A DNA stretch of 64,000 nucleotides from positions 1 to 64,000 of the forward strand of contig CAVUXE010000099.1 of the NCBI GenBank assembly GCA_963745235.1. The letters run 5' to 3'. Position 1 is the stretch's first letter. Each line of letters starts with the position of its first letter. This DNA comes from an uncultured Spirochaetota bacterium. Lineage in GTDB: Bacteria > Spirochaetota > Spirochaetia > SZUA-6 > Fen-1364. Positions 10,009-18,656 of the stretch are shown one piece after another. A model generated the notes under the pieces. It ran no database searches, was not told the origin of the DNA, and saw nothing but the letters and a program-made list of their open reading frames with translations. Position numbers and translations under genes: made by a program.

Positions 10009-12428
10009 TGCAGGTCACAAGCTCACAGGAACGTCGCCAGGTCAGATCCATTCTCATCTTCTTTGCAATAGTCTTTGTGCTTGGGTGCATCCTGGACTTC
10101 GTCCTGATGAACCGCTACAAGGAAATTGCGCTCGGATCAATGGGAGACCTGCTCATTGACGCTCTGCCACAGGGCAGGGTGTTCCGCGCGGTTCTTTCCT
10201 CCATGGGCTGGTTGGACGCCGTTGTCATTGGCGGCCTCTTCCTTCTTCTCGTCTGGGTCATCGTTACGCAGGTCCGGCACAAGACTCTTTCCACGTTCTG
10301 CGAATGGACCTTAGCCTCCGAGCGGCGCACCAGGCTGGTCATCCTGGGAATGGCCATTCTTCTGCTCAAACCGATTCTGGCCCCCGGGGAGCCGTACTTC
10401 CAAGACGCGCCGAGCCACGTATCCCGGGCGTGGTTCACGTACGTCAACTTCATCCAGGGCTATCTCTTCCCGAGCTTCAATAACTACTACCACGCCGGTT
10501 TCGCGATGTTCTCTCACTATGGCTTCCTGTTCTCCGTCCTGGCGGGCGGACTGAACCTCCTGTTTCGAAACATCTACCTCTCTGTCAAGCTCGTGATGAT
10601 GGCGCTGGGCGTTGCCAGTGCATTCCTGTTCTACGCACTGGGCAAGCAGGTCACAAAGGATCGCGCCAGCGGTCTTCTGCTCTCTCTCATCATCACGGGG
10701 AGCAGCATCTTCATTTCCACGATGTTCTGGGGCGGGGTTCTTTTCTTCCCGCTCATTTTTGCGGGCGCCGGCCTTCTTCTGCTTGCCTTCGAACGATTCC
10801 TGGCAGGCACGTGGCCCCTGTACAGGGCCATCTTCATGACAGCCCTTGCGGCAAACATCCTCATAGCCACTCACCTGGGCTACGCCGCCCAGATCTTCCT
10901 GTTCTTCGTGGTGTACGCGATAGCCCGGCTTGTTTCGGAGAAACCTGAGGCGTGGAAGAGCTTCACCGTATGGGCCGCGGGAAGCCTGGGCATTGCGCTG
11001 GTGCTTTCCGCGTTCGTCGTGCTCCCGACGTTCCTGGACATCAAGGACGTCAACTTTTACAAGGCGTTTCCCTACTCCGACGTGAACACGTACAAGTTCT
11101 GGCATGAGAAGCTGTGGCAGTTGCTCGTTCCGCGACCCTTCTACCTCAACTACCTTGATTACCTGGGCCTTGCGCTCCTGGGGATCGCCGTCTGGCTGGC
11201 AGTATCCGCGGTCCGCCGTCCTGACCGCCGGCTTGCCGCCCATATCGCAACAATCGCTTCAACCATCGTCGTCCTGGGGTACAGCCGCAACTCGATCATC
11301 CTGCTGTTTGCAATCGGGCTGTTTGCTTGCCAGGCCTACGGCGTCCTGGTGACGCAGAGGGACCAGAAGCGCGCCGTTTTTGGCGTGCTGGTGCTGCTTC
11401 TGCTTGCGGACTCGCTTCTGTTCAACAACTTCAACACCTACCGGGATGGCGCGTTTGAGCATCGGCTGTATGACAAGTTGGCACTCGAACCTTGGGGGAC
11501 AAAGCTTGGGGTCGTGAAGGCCAATACCCTTCATGGCGGGAACAAGCCGGACGACAATGTTTACATATCGCCGTGGCTCAAGGTCACGGGCCAGCTTGTC
11601 GTCCAACCGAACGCAATCATGCTGGAGGCAAACAAGCAGGCGCTCTACCAGTTCCTGGCGACCCACGACCTCCTTGGCCAGGACATGCTGAATGGCAGGA
11701 TAACAGTGCCGACTCTGAAGGCGCTGGACCTCGTAGGCGTGCGATACCTGACCTTCCATACCGCGGATGCGTACTACCTGCCACCGGTGGAGTCGGATGG
11801 TCCCGTCATTCGAAACTCCTCGGGCCCGTGGATCGAGCTCCCGGGCACCTTTCCCATGCTCTTCGCGGAGCGCGTGACGAGTTTGAACGATCTGGCGGCC
11901 CAGAACCCCATTCTGGCCTACCGGCAGACCTTTGAAGCTGACGATGTCTCTCACGAGCGCGCCCCACTTCATTACAGGCTGCAGGCGGGAGACTATTTGC
12001 ATAAGCTTGTGGATCTCACCGGACCTTCCCTGGACCGGCCGATTGCGGACCAATTCGTCATGCGGGTTCCGATCACCGAAGATCTCACTTCGCCCGGCCC
12101 GGCGTCTCTGGAAGTATCTTCCTTCTTTGTGGACGCGCAGAAAGTGGTGGCGGATTTCACCACGGACAGGCCTGGATTTGTCAGGATCCCTTTTGGCTGG
12201 TTCCCATGGCACACCATTCGACTGGATGGCGCGCCGGCCGTGGCGTATCCGGACGTAATGAACATGATTTGCGTGCGCGTGGGGGCTCCTGGATCTCATC
12301 ACCTGCAGGTGGGCCCCTCGATCTCTCCAGCAAAGAGGACGGGGGCATGGATTACCGGGCTGAGCTTTGTTCTTTTCGCAGGAATCCTTCTGTTGGCTGA
12401 ATTGATTCGAAAGAAGGACCGTGCCTGA
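10008..12428 (+). CDS. Multi-pass membrane protein, GT-C / YfhO / PTPS-related membrane glycosyltransferase-like
   Basis: Starts MQVTSS at TGATG overlap inside the chimeric ORF 8427-12428. Many TM segments, QDAPSH loop motif, extracytoplasmic C-terminal domain with WFPWH and a final TM. Confidence 0.6.
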   Translation: MQVTSSQERRQVRSILIFFAIVFVLGCILDFVLMNRYKEIALGSMGDLLIDALPQGRVFRAVLSSMGWLDAVVIGGLFLLLVWVIVTQVRHKTLSTFCEWTLASERRTRLVILGMAILLLKPILAPGEPYFQDAPSHVSRAWFTYVNFIQGYLFPSFNNYYHAGFAMFSHYGFLFSVLAGGLNLLFRNIYLSVKLVMMALGVASAFLFYALGKQVTKDRASGLLLSLIITGSSIFISTMFWGGVLFFPLIFAGAGLLLLAFERFLAGTWPLYRAIFMTALAANILIATHLGYAAQIFLFFVVYAIARLVSEKPEAWKSFTVWAAGSLGIALVLSAFVVLPTFLDIKDVNFYKAFPYSDVNTYKFWHEKLWQLLVPRPFYLNYLDYLGLALLGIAVWLAVSAVRRPDRRLAAHIATIASTIVVLGYSRNSIILLFAIGLFACQAYGVLVTQRDQKRAVFGVLVLLLLADSLLFNNFNTYRDGAFEHRLYDKLALEPWGTKLGVVKANTLHGGNKPDDNVYISPWLKVTGQLVVQPNAIMLEANKQALYQFLATHDLLGQDMLNGRITVPTLKALDLVGVRYLTFHTADAYYLPPVESDGPVIRNSSGPWIELPGTFPMLFAERVTSLNDLAAQNPILAYRQTFEADDVSHERAPLHYRLQAGDYLHKLVDLTGPSLDRPIADQFVMRVPITEDLTSPGPASLEVSSFFVDAQKVVADFTTDRPGFVRIPFGWFPWHTIRLDGAPAVAYPDVMNMICVRVGAPGSHHLQVGPSISPAKRTGAWITGLSFVLFAGILLLAELIRKKDRA

Positions 12429-12452
12429 TTCTCGAGCGGGAGGCTCGCGTTC

Positions 12453-12800
12453 TTATCTCCCAAGTACGACATCGATTCCGTGGACGATTTGCGCGAATTG
12501 TTTGGCTGTGAGTCGTCCAACGCGCTCGCTGAGAAACGAACGGTCAACCGCAACGATTTGGGTAGCGTTCGCGACGGCGTCTTTTTTCAAGCCTGTGACC
12601 TTGGCCTGAAGAAGCGTATTACCAGGGGCGTCAGCCCAGACAAGATTACTTGTCAGAGGCACGCACACAACAGTCGCGATGCGGCTCTGATTGAGATGGT
12701 TCCCTTGGACAACGACTACAGGGCGACGAAATCCCGGTTCAGATCCAGCGGGCTCCGGCAGGTCCGCCCACCAGACTTCTCCTTGCGAGACTTCTACCAC
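12453..12800 (-). other. mazF: MazF/PemK family toxin
   Basis: QGEVWWADL.EPAGSEPGFRRPVVVVQ, VPLTSN, ANATQIVAVDR; overlaps antitoxin stop. Confidence 0.9.
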
Positions 12801-13042
12801 TCGGTATGCTCGAACACCCGGCGCACCGCACGGGCGAGAAACGGGTCAGGGCCAGGCTCTCCCAGTTTCTCAACCACGCGATTCATGGCCTCCGTTACCT
12901 CCTCTGGCGTATGTCTCGCCAAGTACTCAGTCAAAGCTTGTGCATAGAGTTGGCTTCGGGGTTTCCGCGTCCTTTTCGCGTATCGTTCTGCAGCGCGGAA
13001 CACATCATCAGGCAGAGACACCGCCGTCTTTGCTTTTTTCAT
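12794..13042 (-). CDS. RHH/CopG-type antitoxin (MazE role); native ATG at 14988-14986 is separated from the body by the group II intron
   Basis: MKKAKTAVSLPDDVFRAAERYAKR..RSQLYAQAL..EW; directly upstream of mazF. Confidence 0.85.
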   Translation of the reverse strand: MKKAKTAVSLPDDVFRAAERYAKRTRKPRSQLYAQALTEYLARHTPEEVTEAMNRVVEKLGEPGPDPFLARAVRRVFEHTEW

Positions 13043-14985
13043 TGGTCGATAGCTGGTGCGGTATCGCTCAGAGCGACCCGTTCCCAGCACCTCCTTTCAA
13101 ACTGTGCGTGCCGTTTTCCGGCACACAGCTTACCGATGAGTTCTCCTGACCGTGCTTGCGCGGAGTGGCTGCCTGGGGATATCGCGTAGTCCCCCTCAGT
13201 CGCTGCAGGCCCATCTCGTACAGGCGTTTCTGGGGCCATCGGTCGAAACGGAAGCGCGTTCGCTGTCCGCCCCGTCGCCACTGCCATTGGAGCACACGGC
13301 CGTACACGTAGTCATCCACTCGGTTGAACTCTCGGTCCGCGTTGCCCGTTCGGAAGTAGTTGCCCCATCCACGAAGCACCGGGTTTAGCTTGTCGATCAG
13401 CTCCCCTATGCCCTTCGCTTGCCTTCCTCGCGCCTCGGTGATCTCATGCACGCGGGATCGGATTCGCTTCATAGCCTTCGGCGACGGCCAGCGCTGCACG
13501 AAATGCCAGCGTGGGTTGCGTTGAATGCTCCTGCACTTGCGCACCGTCCACCCAAGAAACGTAAAGCCCTCCTTACCCAGTGCCAGATTCACTACGCGCG
13601 TTTTCTCGGGATGCATTTCCAGCCCCAGGCGTTCCATCACAATCTTTACGCGCCTGAGGGCTTCCTTGCACTGCGACTTGTTCTTGCACAGCACCACGAA
13701 GTCGTCAGCGTAACGCACCAGGATTCCAAGGTGTTTGCACTTGCTCTCCCAGATGCGATCCAGAAAGCCAAGGTAGATGTTGGACAACAGCGGCGAGATC
13801 ACTCCGCCTTGCGGGGTTCCCGCAAGCGTTTCCCTCACCGTCCCATCTTCCATCACGCCCGCCGCCAGCCACTGACCGATCAGTTTCAGGACTCGCCTGT
13901 CCGAGATCCGCTCCTTCACCAACACCATGAGCTTCCCATGGTCGATGCTTCCGAAGTAATCCCGAATATCGGCGTCCAGCACCCAGTTATGCCCTCGGTT
14001 GCCCGCCTCGCGAATGACTTCCATTGCCTGCGTCGCTCCCCTTCTCGGTCGAAACCCCCAACTGCACGGTTGAAAGTCGGCTTCAAATATGGGTTCGATC
14101 ACCAGCTTGGTTGCCATCTGCACCACGCGATCCCTCACCGTCGGTATCCCCAGCGGCCTCTGCCTCCCGTCCCCCTTGGGGATGTATCGCCGTCTCACCG
14201 GTGACGGTCGATACCTGCCTGCCTTCAGGACGTTCTGTATCTCCTTCAGATACTCTCCCGCCCCTCGCTCTTCGATGTCGCGGATGGACACCTCATCCAC
14301 CCCCGCGGCACCTCCGTTCGCCTTCACCCGTCTCCACGCCTCCAGCAGGACGTCACCCCGCCAGATCCGGTCATACAGCGCGTGAAAACGTCGGCTCCTG
14401 CTCCGCTTGGCACATGTCCATAGCCGTCGCTGGAGTTCTCGCACTTTTTCTTCGGGGTTGTTGGGTCTTTCGACCATGCCCTCGCGCTTACCTCCACGCC
14501 CCAGCACACTCAAAGCAGGGTCCCTTCCCTCCAGCGGCTTCTCACCGCCTTCTCAGGTACTACGAACCCCTCGGACTCCCTCCTGACTCCGCGCGCTTTC
14601 GGTCTCCCCCTTATACGCGTGGTCTTTGCCCGACGTGGGCCGCCAGGGAGGGCCTCTCGTGTTCCCTACCATTCCGTCACAACGTGCCGCCGCCAATACC
14701 CCGAGGGCGTCCAACGTCCACTTCGGATTCGGTCCGTTGTCTGTTGCCTTCGCCGTGGCATGATCGGCTCGGCCACCCTGAACACCTTTCGGCTGATACT
14801 CTGACGAGGCTTGCTCGGCGTTCACTCGCGTTGCGGCCCGCTGTGTTGCTTCCTCCTTGGAGGCTTTTGTCGGTCCGCTCGGTCAGAGACATTTCGGCCT
14901 CTGACTGGACCCTGCTACCGGGCGCTCCGACGCTTACCCGGGCGGAACTTTCATCCGCTGGAACGGTACGGCTTTCACGACGCAC
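13040..14985 (-). mobile_element. Group II intron (about 1946 nt), complete
   Basis: 5' GTGCG at 14985; EBS1 loop CATGCCA (14762-14756); DIII GTAGTACC..GAAG..GGAGGGAAGGGAC; DV TAAGCTGTGTGCCGGAAAACGGCACGCACAGTTTG (13132-13098, AGC triad); DVI with putative branch A at 13046; 3' end ...ACCAATG. Confidence 0.9.
13068..14477 (-). CDS. ltrA: Group II intron reverse transcriptase/maturase without endonuclease domain
   Basis: GAAGVD, YIPK..RPLGIPTVRDRVVQ, GTPQGGVISPLLSNIYL, RYADDF, FLG, LNPVLRGWGNYF (X domain); no HNH; ORF continues through DV. Confidence 0.95.
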   Translation of the reverse strand: MVERPNNPEEKVRELQRRLWTCAKRSRSRRFHALYDRIWRGDVLLEAWRRVKANGGAAGVDEVSIRDIEERGAGEYLKEIQNVLKAGRYRPSPVRRRYIPKGDGRQRPLGIPTVRDRVVQMATKLVIEPIFEADFQPCSWGFRPRRGATQAMEVIREAGNRGHNWVLDADIRDYFGSIDHGKLMVLVKERISDRRVLKLIGQWLAAGVMEDGTVRETLAGTPQGGVISPLLSNIYLGFLDRIWESKCKHLGILVRYADDFVVLCKNKSQCKEALRRVKIVMERLGLEMHPEKTRVVNLALGKEGFTFLGWTVRKCRSIQRNPRWHFVQRWPSPKAMKRIRSRVHEITEARGRQAKGIGELIDKLNPVLRGWGNYFRTGNADREFNRVDDYVYGRVLQWQWRRGGQRTRFRFDRWPQKRLYEMGLQRLRGTTRYPQAATPRKHGQENSSVSCVPENGTHSLKGGAGNGSL

Positions 14986-14994
14986 CATACCATT

Positions 14995-15023
14995 AGTATA
15001 ACCAAGGGATAGACTCCCGACAA
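14995..15023 (-). promoter_or_regulatory. Sigma70-type promoter of mazEF-type operon (leaderless)
   Basis: TTGTCG (15023-15018), 17 nt, TATACT (15000-14995), 6 nt, ATG (14988); imperfect ATAC-N5-GTAT inverted repeat over the start. Confidence 0.65.
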
Positions 15024-15100
15024 GCTGGCAAAAGTGGCCTCAGGTCTTGCGCCTCCACACCAGCTTATTGTGCGCAGGCTGCCGATAACCTCGTCTTCTT

Positions 15101-15490
15101 TCATGGCGATGGAAGGGTTGTTGAAATCGCCAAGTCAGGAATCTGCTTGAAGTGCTCGTCAGAAGAGATGACGGTAGCGCCGGCCCGCATGGCACAACAG
15201 GCAATTACCAAGTCTGTAAGCGGCAGCACAACCCCACGGCGATCCAAAGTCCAGGCAAGATGGGCGGTTTCATCCCACGTTGTGTTGTCTATGTCTACCG
15301 AGATCATTGTTTCAAAGAGCTCACGCATCCTCGCGCGTATCTTTTCACGCACAACGCCGCGGAGCACTTCGCAGCGGATGACGCCGCAGCAAAGGACTTC
15401 TTCATGAAGAAGCCACGGGCGTAAAGCTTGCACTGGATCTTCTCGTGCGCGCAGAAGGCCAATGTAGAAAGTCGAATCGACAAGAAGCAC
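15101..15490 (-). CDS. vapC: VapC PIN-domain toxin
   Basis: LLVDST, EVLRG, DLVIACCA, SSDEHF acidic PIN motifs. Confidence 0.88.
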   Translation of the reverse strand: MLLVDSTFYIGLLRAREDPVQALRPWLLHEEVLCCGVIRCEVLRGVVREKIRARMRELFETMISVDIDNTTWDETAHLAWTLDRRGVVLPLTDLVIACCAMRAGATVISSDEHFKQIPDLAISTTLPSP

Positions 15491-15495
15491 TATGG

Positions 15496-15723
15496 TTACC
15501 CAGCCGGTATTTCCCGCGCGCGCAGCGCGCGAAGGTCGTACCGCGGGTCAACAGCGTTCTCGAGATCTTTGGGAGCCAAGGATGTTGAGAGGAGTTTGTT
15601 GCGCATCGCGCTTCGCTCGGCAGCGCTTAAGGCGTAGTTTAAGGCTTTTGTTTTGGTCTTTATGCCTGTGAGTTTCATGAGCCTTGAAAGCTTCTTCTCG
15701 TCAATCTCTACGGTCATCTTCAT
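15496..15723 (-). CDS. vapB: VapB antitoxin
   Basis: MKMTVEIDEKKL..LTGIKTKTKALNYAL; immediately upstream of vapC. Confidence 0.82.
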   Translation of the reverse strand: MKMTVEIDEKKLSRLMKLTGIKTKTKALNYALSAAERSAMRNKLLSTSLAPKDLENAVDPRYDLRALRAREIPAG

Positions 15724-15729
15724 ACGACT

Positions 15730-15765
15730 ATTATATGGCAAGATGACCCATACGTCAATATGGGT
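15730..15765 (-). promoter_or_regulatory. vapBC promoter with palindromic operator
   Basis: TTGACG (15758-15753), 17 nt, TATAAT (15735-15730), 6 nt, ATG; perfect inverted repeat ACCCATA-N6-TATGGGT (15746-15765) flanks the -35. Confidence 0.75.
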
Positions 15766-15821
15766 AGGCTTGCGTTTGCTTCGGTCTACTTGTCCAGCGG
15801 GCCATGGGCTGTCCATCCAAG

Positions 15822-17036
15822 CTAGGTTTTGCGCCTCCAGACCAGCTTGTTGTACGCAAGCCAGTTGTAGGGTAGGACCAGGAAAATGATGGTCAGGATC
15901 AAGGTTATCTGCCTGACCTCCGTCGTGTTGCCGAATAGCCGTGCGGCAATCCCGACTGTGCAGAACTGAATCACGATCCCGCCTACTGAGAGCAGGTTGA
16001 ACGCGAGGAACTTCTTCACGGTCTGAAGGACTTCTGCGGCCCGCCGCTTCTGGAAAGTCCAGAAGTTGTTCCAGAGAAAATTGTTGATGATCGAGCCTTC
16101 CACGGAAAGTGCCGCTGCCCAGGCCGCTGTCTCGGACGCAAAAGCGAGCCAGTGCCTGGAGGACAGAAAGGCAAACCGCCCCGCCAGCCCTGCCACGAAT
16201 CCCGCCCTTACAAACAACTCAAGAAGAACCGCATTCACGACGAAGCCGGAAACTCCGACCACGCAGAAGCGAATGAAGCGCTTTGTCCTCTCCTCAGAGA
16301 GGCGCAGCCGAAGCGCGGTGCCGAGTATCTCCACGGGGGTCTGCTGGGTCATCTTGCTTTCCCCCGAGTCTCTAGCGCGAAACTGAAGCGGAACCTCGCT
16401 GATCCGGGCTCCAAGGTTGGCCAGGCGAAAAAGCATCTCGATCTTGTAGCCAAACCCGCGGCTTCGGATTGAGCCGAGGTCCAGGCGCCCAAAGGGGCCT
16501 TCCACCCGCGTCGCCTTCAAGCCGGTAGTGGGGTCGGTGACTGTCCAGAATGCGCGCGAAGGAAAGAAGAGTATCAGCCGCGCCAGGAAGCCGCCCGCCC
16601 GGCTGAAAAAAAGCCGCAGCAGGTCCCACCGCTCCGGATAGCCCCCGCCGGGACGCCTGCGCGAGCCCAGCACAAGGTCGGATCCGCCCTCGATCTTCCG
16701 AAGCAGGTCAGGAATGGACTCCGGCGGGTGCTGGGAATCCCCATCGAACTCAATGAGCACGTCCGCGTGCATGTCGTCAATTGCATGCCGGAATCCCTTG
16801 AAGTACGCCGCCCCGATCCCCTCCTTCTTCTCCTCCACAATCAGTTGAATCTGAGGATGCAGCGCCATGGCGCCTCGGACGATCTCTGCCGTCCCGTCCG
16901 GAGAGCTTCCGTCAACAACCAGCAGGGAGCATTCCCAGCCGGTGGCGCTCAGGGCGCAGGCAAGAACCCCCTGGATCGTCGCGTTGATGGACCCGGACTC
17001 GTTATAGGTCGGTATGATGACAACGGCGTGCTTCAT
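15822..17036 (-). CDS. GT2 polyprenol-phosphate glycosyltransferase (DPM1-like) fused to GtrA flippase domain
   Basis: IIPTYNE, VDGSSPDGT, DGDSQH, GSR, DPTTG, GESK; C-terminal RFIRFCVVGVSGFVVN..NNFLWNNFWTF. Confidence 0.85.
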   Translation of the reverse strand: MKHAVVIIPTYNESGSINATIQGVLACALSATGWECSLLVVDGSSPDGTAEIVRGAMALHPQIQLIVEEKKEGIGAAYFKGFRHAIDDMHADVLIEFDGDSQHPPESIPDLLRKIEGGSDLVLGSRRRPGGGYPERWDLLRLFFSRAGGFLARLILFFPSRAFWTVTDPTTGLKATRVEGPFGRLDLGSIRSRGFGYKIEMLFRLANLGARISEVPLQFRARDSGESKMTQQTPVEILGTALRLRLSEERTKRFIRFCVVGVSGFVVNAVLLELFVRAGFVAGLAGRFAFLSSRHWLAFASETAAWAAALSVEGSIINNFLWNNFWTFQKRRAAEVLQTVKKFLAFNLLSVGGIVIQFCTVGIAARLFGNTTEVRQITLILTIIFLVLPYNWLAYNKLVWRRKT

Positions 17037-17120
17037 CGTGCATAATTGCCGCAGAGACGCCTGACGGCGGGTTGACTGTGTACCACCGCCCCGGGCGCAT
17101 GTCAAGGGAACGAGAGGAAA

Positions 17121-18656
17121 TTGAACCAGAACAGGCCCGGTGCGTTCAACGGCAGCGCAGCCATGCTCCTTCGAATTGCCGTCCGCAATCTCATTCGGCG
17201 CGGCCGCAAGAACGCCGTTGTTGCCATCCTGATTGCGGTGGGCATCTGCGCGTTCTTCACCGGCAACGCCGTGCTGGAGAGCTCCATCGGAGGGATCCAG
17301 AAGACATTCTCCGACAACTTCACGGCGGATCTTTCCATCTGTCAGGCCAGCGAGCAGTCCTTCAGCCTGTTCGGACCCGACATCCCCGTCATCGGCGGAT
17401 ACGAGTCCGACCCGGTCATCCTGAATGCAGCGGATGTGGGAGAGCGGATCGCTCGAGCTCCCGGAGTTGCGGGAATGGCGTACGTGCTGACATCGCCTGT
17501 CCTCCTGGAGGCTGGAGGCGTGAGGGACGGCGCGCTTGGCCTTGGCGTCATTGGGAATGAGTATTTCTCCCTGTTTCGCGGGCCTCGCTTCATCTCCGGC
17601 GCACCTCCCGCCCCAGGAGCCTCGGGCTGGGCGGTGATCACGGAGGAGTGGGCCAGGAAGATAGCCGCCGCACAGGGTCGGCAGCCCGTTCCCGGTGACA
17701 GGATCCAGCTTTCCTTTTTCCGCAACCAGACCTTCAGCATCCGGGAAGCTACCATTGCCGGCATCATCAGGTACGAGCCGTCCAACGACGCGCTGAAGAC
17801 CGTTGTGATCATGGACGGCAGGATTCTTCGCGCCCTGTGCGGCTACCTGCAGGTCTCCGGCACCGAATCTCCTGCCGCGTCAACAGGATCTTCGGGGGAC
17901 AGCGGCGCCACGGGCAACATAGATTCACTGTTTTCGGGAAGCTCGAGCGCCGCTCCCGCCACGGGAACCTCACAATCCTCTTCCCCTGTCAGCATCAATG
18001 AGCTTCAGAAGCTCATGTCGGAGGCCAGCCGGGCCGGAGCCCGGGAAGACGTGCTGCCGCTGGGGCACGACGGAGCCTGGCACTTCATCCTGGTCAGGGC
18101 TGCTCCGGGAGCCGACAAGGGTCGTCTGGGGGACAGTATTCGCCACGTCCTGCACCAGGCAGGCTTCACTGTCCAGGTCAGGAACTGGCGAGGGACGGCG
18201 GGGGCTGTGGCCCTGTACGTGTATTTCATGCAGATCGTCCTGGATATCGGGCTTCTCATGCTCGGAGGAATTGTCCTCATCCTGACGATAAACTCCCTGG
18301 TGATGTCTGTTTTCGAGCGCGTCTCCGAGATCGGGACCATGCGGGCAATCGGTGCGCAGAGGGGATTCATCCGCGGCATTTTCGTGGTGGAAACCGGCGC
18401 GCTGACGCTGGTTGCGGGGGCGGCGGGGGTATTGCTGGGGAGCGTGGTGGTGCTCCTCCTGAACAGGATCCCGCTGCACTTCAACAACCAGATCCTCATT
18501 CTGCTTTTTGGCGGAACATCCCTGCAGCCGGCGGTTTCTGGAATGAACGTGACGGTCTCCCTGGCAGCCTCGATTGTCCTCGGGGCATTCGCCTGGATCT
18601 ATCCGGTCAGGCTGGCACTGCGAATCCAGCCCGTTCGAGCAATCCACGCCTCATGA
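17121..18656 (+). CDS. FtsX/LolE-family ABC permease
   Basis: IAVRNLIR N-terminus, ERVSEIGTMRAIG, ALRIQPVRAI; Ser/Gly-rich periplasmic insert. Confidence 0.85.
   Translation: MNQNRPGAFNGSAAMLLRIAVRNLIRRGRKNAVVAILIAVGICAFFTGNAVLESSIGGIQKTFSDNFTADLSICQASEQSFSLFGPDIPVIGGYESDPVILNAADVGERIARAPGVAGMAYVLTSPVLLEAGGVRDGALGLGVIGNEYFSLFRGPRFISGAPPAPGASGWAVITEEWARKIAAAQGRQPVPGDRIQLSFFRNQTFSIREATIAGIIRYEPSNDALKTVVIMDGRILRALCGYLQVSGTESPAASTGSSGDSGATGNIDSLFSGSSSAAPATGTSQSSSPVSINELQKLMSEASRAGAREDVLPLGHDGAWHFILVRAAPGADKGRLGDSIRHVLHQAGFTVQVRNWRGTAGAVALYVYFMQIVLDIGLLMLGGIVLILTINSLVMSVFERVSEIGTMRAIGAQRGFIRGIFVVETGALTLVAGAAGVLLGSVVVLLLNRIPLHFNNQILILLFGGTSLQPAVSGMNVTVSLAASIVLGAFAWIYPVRLALRIQPVRAIHAS

Noticed and set aside
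8427-12428. 1333-aa kinase-membrane protein fusion in the ORF track
   Set aside because: Artefact of the frameshift at ~9840; the kinase ends KLLGAGGGGF..TGA 10008 in another frame and the membrane protein starts at ATG 10008.
13041-13046. Canonical AY intron end at ..ACCAAT
   Set aside because: Puts the branch A at -6, mismatches gamma = C and gives an out-of-frame ligated exon; it would fit only if the A6 run were mis-sequenced.
13068-14513. RT as retron, DGR or defence RT because of flanking toxins
   Set aside because: Full group II intron RNA (GTGCG, EBS1, DIII, DV, DVI) and X domain are present; no msr/msd or TR/VR pair seen.
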